Shown here: positions 62,301-64,000 of the stretch, one piece after another | Layout: the number at the start of each line of letters is the position of its first letter | Position numbering within the stretch: the stretch's first letter is position 1 | Assembly: GCA_002104905.1 (NCBI GenBank) | Contig: MCFE01000168.1 | Span: forward strand, 62,001 to 126,000 | DNA length: 64,000 nucleotides | Source: Basidiobolus meristosporus CBS 931.73 | Lineage: Eukaryota; Fungi; Basidiobolomycota | Direction: 5' to 3' | Notes under the pieces: model-generated | The model's database searches: none | Told to the model about the DNA's origin: nothing | Seen by the model: the letters and a program-made list of their open reading frames with translations, nothing else | Position numbers and translations under genes: made by a program

Positions 62301-63056
62301 AGTTCCTTCACCTCAATTCTTCTATCACAAATCAAGCCTGGCATGTGGATCAACACATGTTTTTCCAGTCCAACTAACAGGAAAAGATATCGTGAGACAG
62401 TGTGTCTGATCCGAGCTATGATGCCTTTACTACTGATGGTAATTTTTCATTCTTTTGCGAGCATTGAATGCCGGGATTGATTGTTCATAACATGCTCTGG
62501 TGTCAGATCGGCCAATCAGAGACCTTCGGATTAGGGAGTGGTAAAAGGGCATCGAAGAATGGATCTTCAGACATTCTGAGCATCCAAATCTAACAAGAAT
62601 TCGTCTTTAGGACTCGAGATGGATATATATGTCCAAGTTAAATGGAACGTTTTGGTCCCGCTCATGGCCAAGTGGAAAAGAAGCCGCCCAGATACCAAAT
62701 ATGTTCAAGTTAAAAAGAACGGTGCTCAGTGCAACTTGAAGTCGTGATGCCAATGAGTCAGAGATCTTCTTACTACGACAACGTGGGTGTGATCACGGTT
62801 TCTCCCATCCACTTGATCAGCGAGCAAGAGATTGAGGGGGGGGGTCAAGTGCCCAAGATAGCTGGCCACCTGTGACCTCATCGTACGTATATGTAGCAGC
62901 TGGAAATGCATGGAATTCGGTTGCAGGAGAATGCGCCGGGAGGTTTATTCGATGTATATACAGTGGATGGTGAAAAATAATTATGCAGAATAAAGGAAAA
63001 TACACACGGATAACGATAAATATATGATACGTCTATGATACATGATGTGTTGATGC

Positions 63057-64000
63057 CTATTGAGTGATCTCGAATTTTGGGAAGACGGGCTTGGTTGGGT
63101 CGGACCCCGACCTGGTCCGTAGGCGACTGAGTAGGCTGCCCCTGGGAAGGGGTCCTCCTTTGGTAAGCTGGGGACGATGATACGGTGTCACGCCCCTGTC
63201 AATGAGAGAGGCTTTGACGGAGGATTCCCGAAGCCAGCTTACGGAGCGAGACCGTTGTCTTTTCATTGTGAAATTGGATTCGAATCGCATCATGCCATTT
63301 TTACACTCTAAATGGTACTGATTATCATTCATCTCGATGTAGTTTCGAGGCTCGCACCGATCCTTCTGGGTAGCGTAGAAATTGCGATAGCCTCCATCCA
63401 GAACATAGAGCTCTGGAAAGTTGAGTCTTGGGTAATTGGCTATGTTTAGTTCACGATCCCGATTTCGAAGATACATGGCCCTATACAACCAGTTTAGTGG
63501 TCTGACTTTTCCGTGAATAAACCAATCAAGAAGTGCTCTTACATTCTTGGCCCTCTCTGGGCAGAGAACTCGCAATGGAAGACGACGATGGTGCGGTCGG
63601 TGCTTCGAGTGGCGCTGAAGAAGTGCTCTTCCAGCTGGGACTTGGTGTTGAGATTGACGGCCCCTTCGATGTGGCCGCCCTCGTATTCATAAGAGAACCG
63701 ACAATCCACTATTACGAGATTGTCATACAAGTCCGTATACTTTTTCATGATCAAATCGTTGAGCTGGAATTAAGAAGGCTTCATGAGTCACTGTTCTGCG
63801 CAACATGGTCTTACGATAGATACATACAGTATCGGCCGAAATTCTCTTCAAGGAATCCTCCTTGCTATTATGGCAAGGCAGGGTGTGATACTGCCCCGAA
63901 GGATCCAGTACAGCCGACTTATTGGTGTTGGTGTAGAGGAATTCCTCCCGACTCAAGCACATGCTTTGAGTCTTGCGAAGCTTTGGTTGTGGGGCGGATG
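63057..64000 (-). CDS. CDC25: Cdc25/Mih1 phosphatase (copy 2; 5' end beyond the window), at least 3 exons
   Basis: IVDCRFSYEYEGGHIEGAVNL, HCEFSAQRGP and FPELYVLDGGYRNF. Introns 63764-63827 and 63481-63542. Confidence 0.93.

Overview
Gene-dense, intron-rich eukaryotic nuclear DNA. Short (~50-70 nt) GT-AG introns and the gene content point to an early-diverging fungus (Basidiobolus-like or another Zoopagomycota/Mucoromycota; this is inference, not a database result). About 27 protein-coding genes can be reconstructed by manual splicing: a giant intronless coiled-coil repeat protein, enoyl-CoA isomerase/hydratase, PKA catalytic subunit, Gfd2/YDR514C-type DEDDh nuclease, EBP-like protein, LIM-domain-binding (Mfg1/PtaB-like) regulator, WC-2-like PAS/GATA factor, SIRT2/Hst2, RPS7, I9 inhibitor, two Cdc25 paralogs, a PPR protein, exportin-6, RNase H2A, biotin synthase, a bacterial-type amidohydrolase, a Hua1-like protein, Mrs2, BIO3-BIO1, a UPF0658-like membrane protein, SmG, a TPR-metallo-beta-lactamase fusion, an alpha-arrestin, a Pcl-type cyclin and a small SH3 protein. 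The most unusual items are (1) the 1486-aa Cys-free protein built from a hierarchical ~40-aa/~162-aa coiled-coil repeat, (2) a loosely clustered biotin locus (BIO2 ... BIO3-BIO1) containing an intronless, signal-peptide-bearing, frameshifted bacterial-type amidohydrolase, (3) a fungal exportin-6 and (4) two Cdc25 paralogs with different intron content. The 56.4-63.0 kb stretch has no intact gene and contains traces of a decayed reading frame and a 31-bp tandem repeat. No tRNA, rRNA or CRISPR array was recognised.
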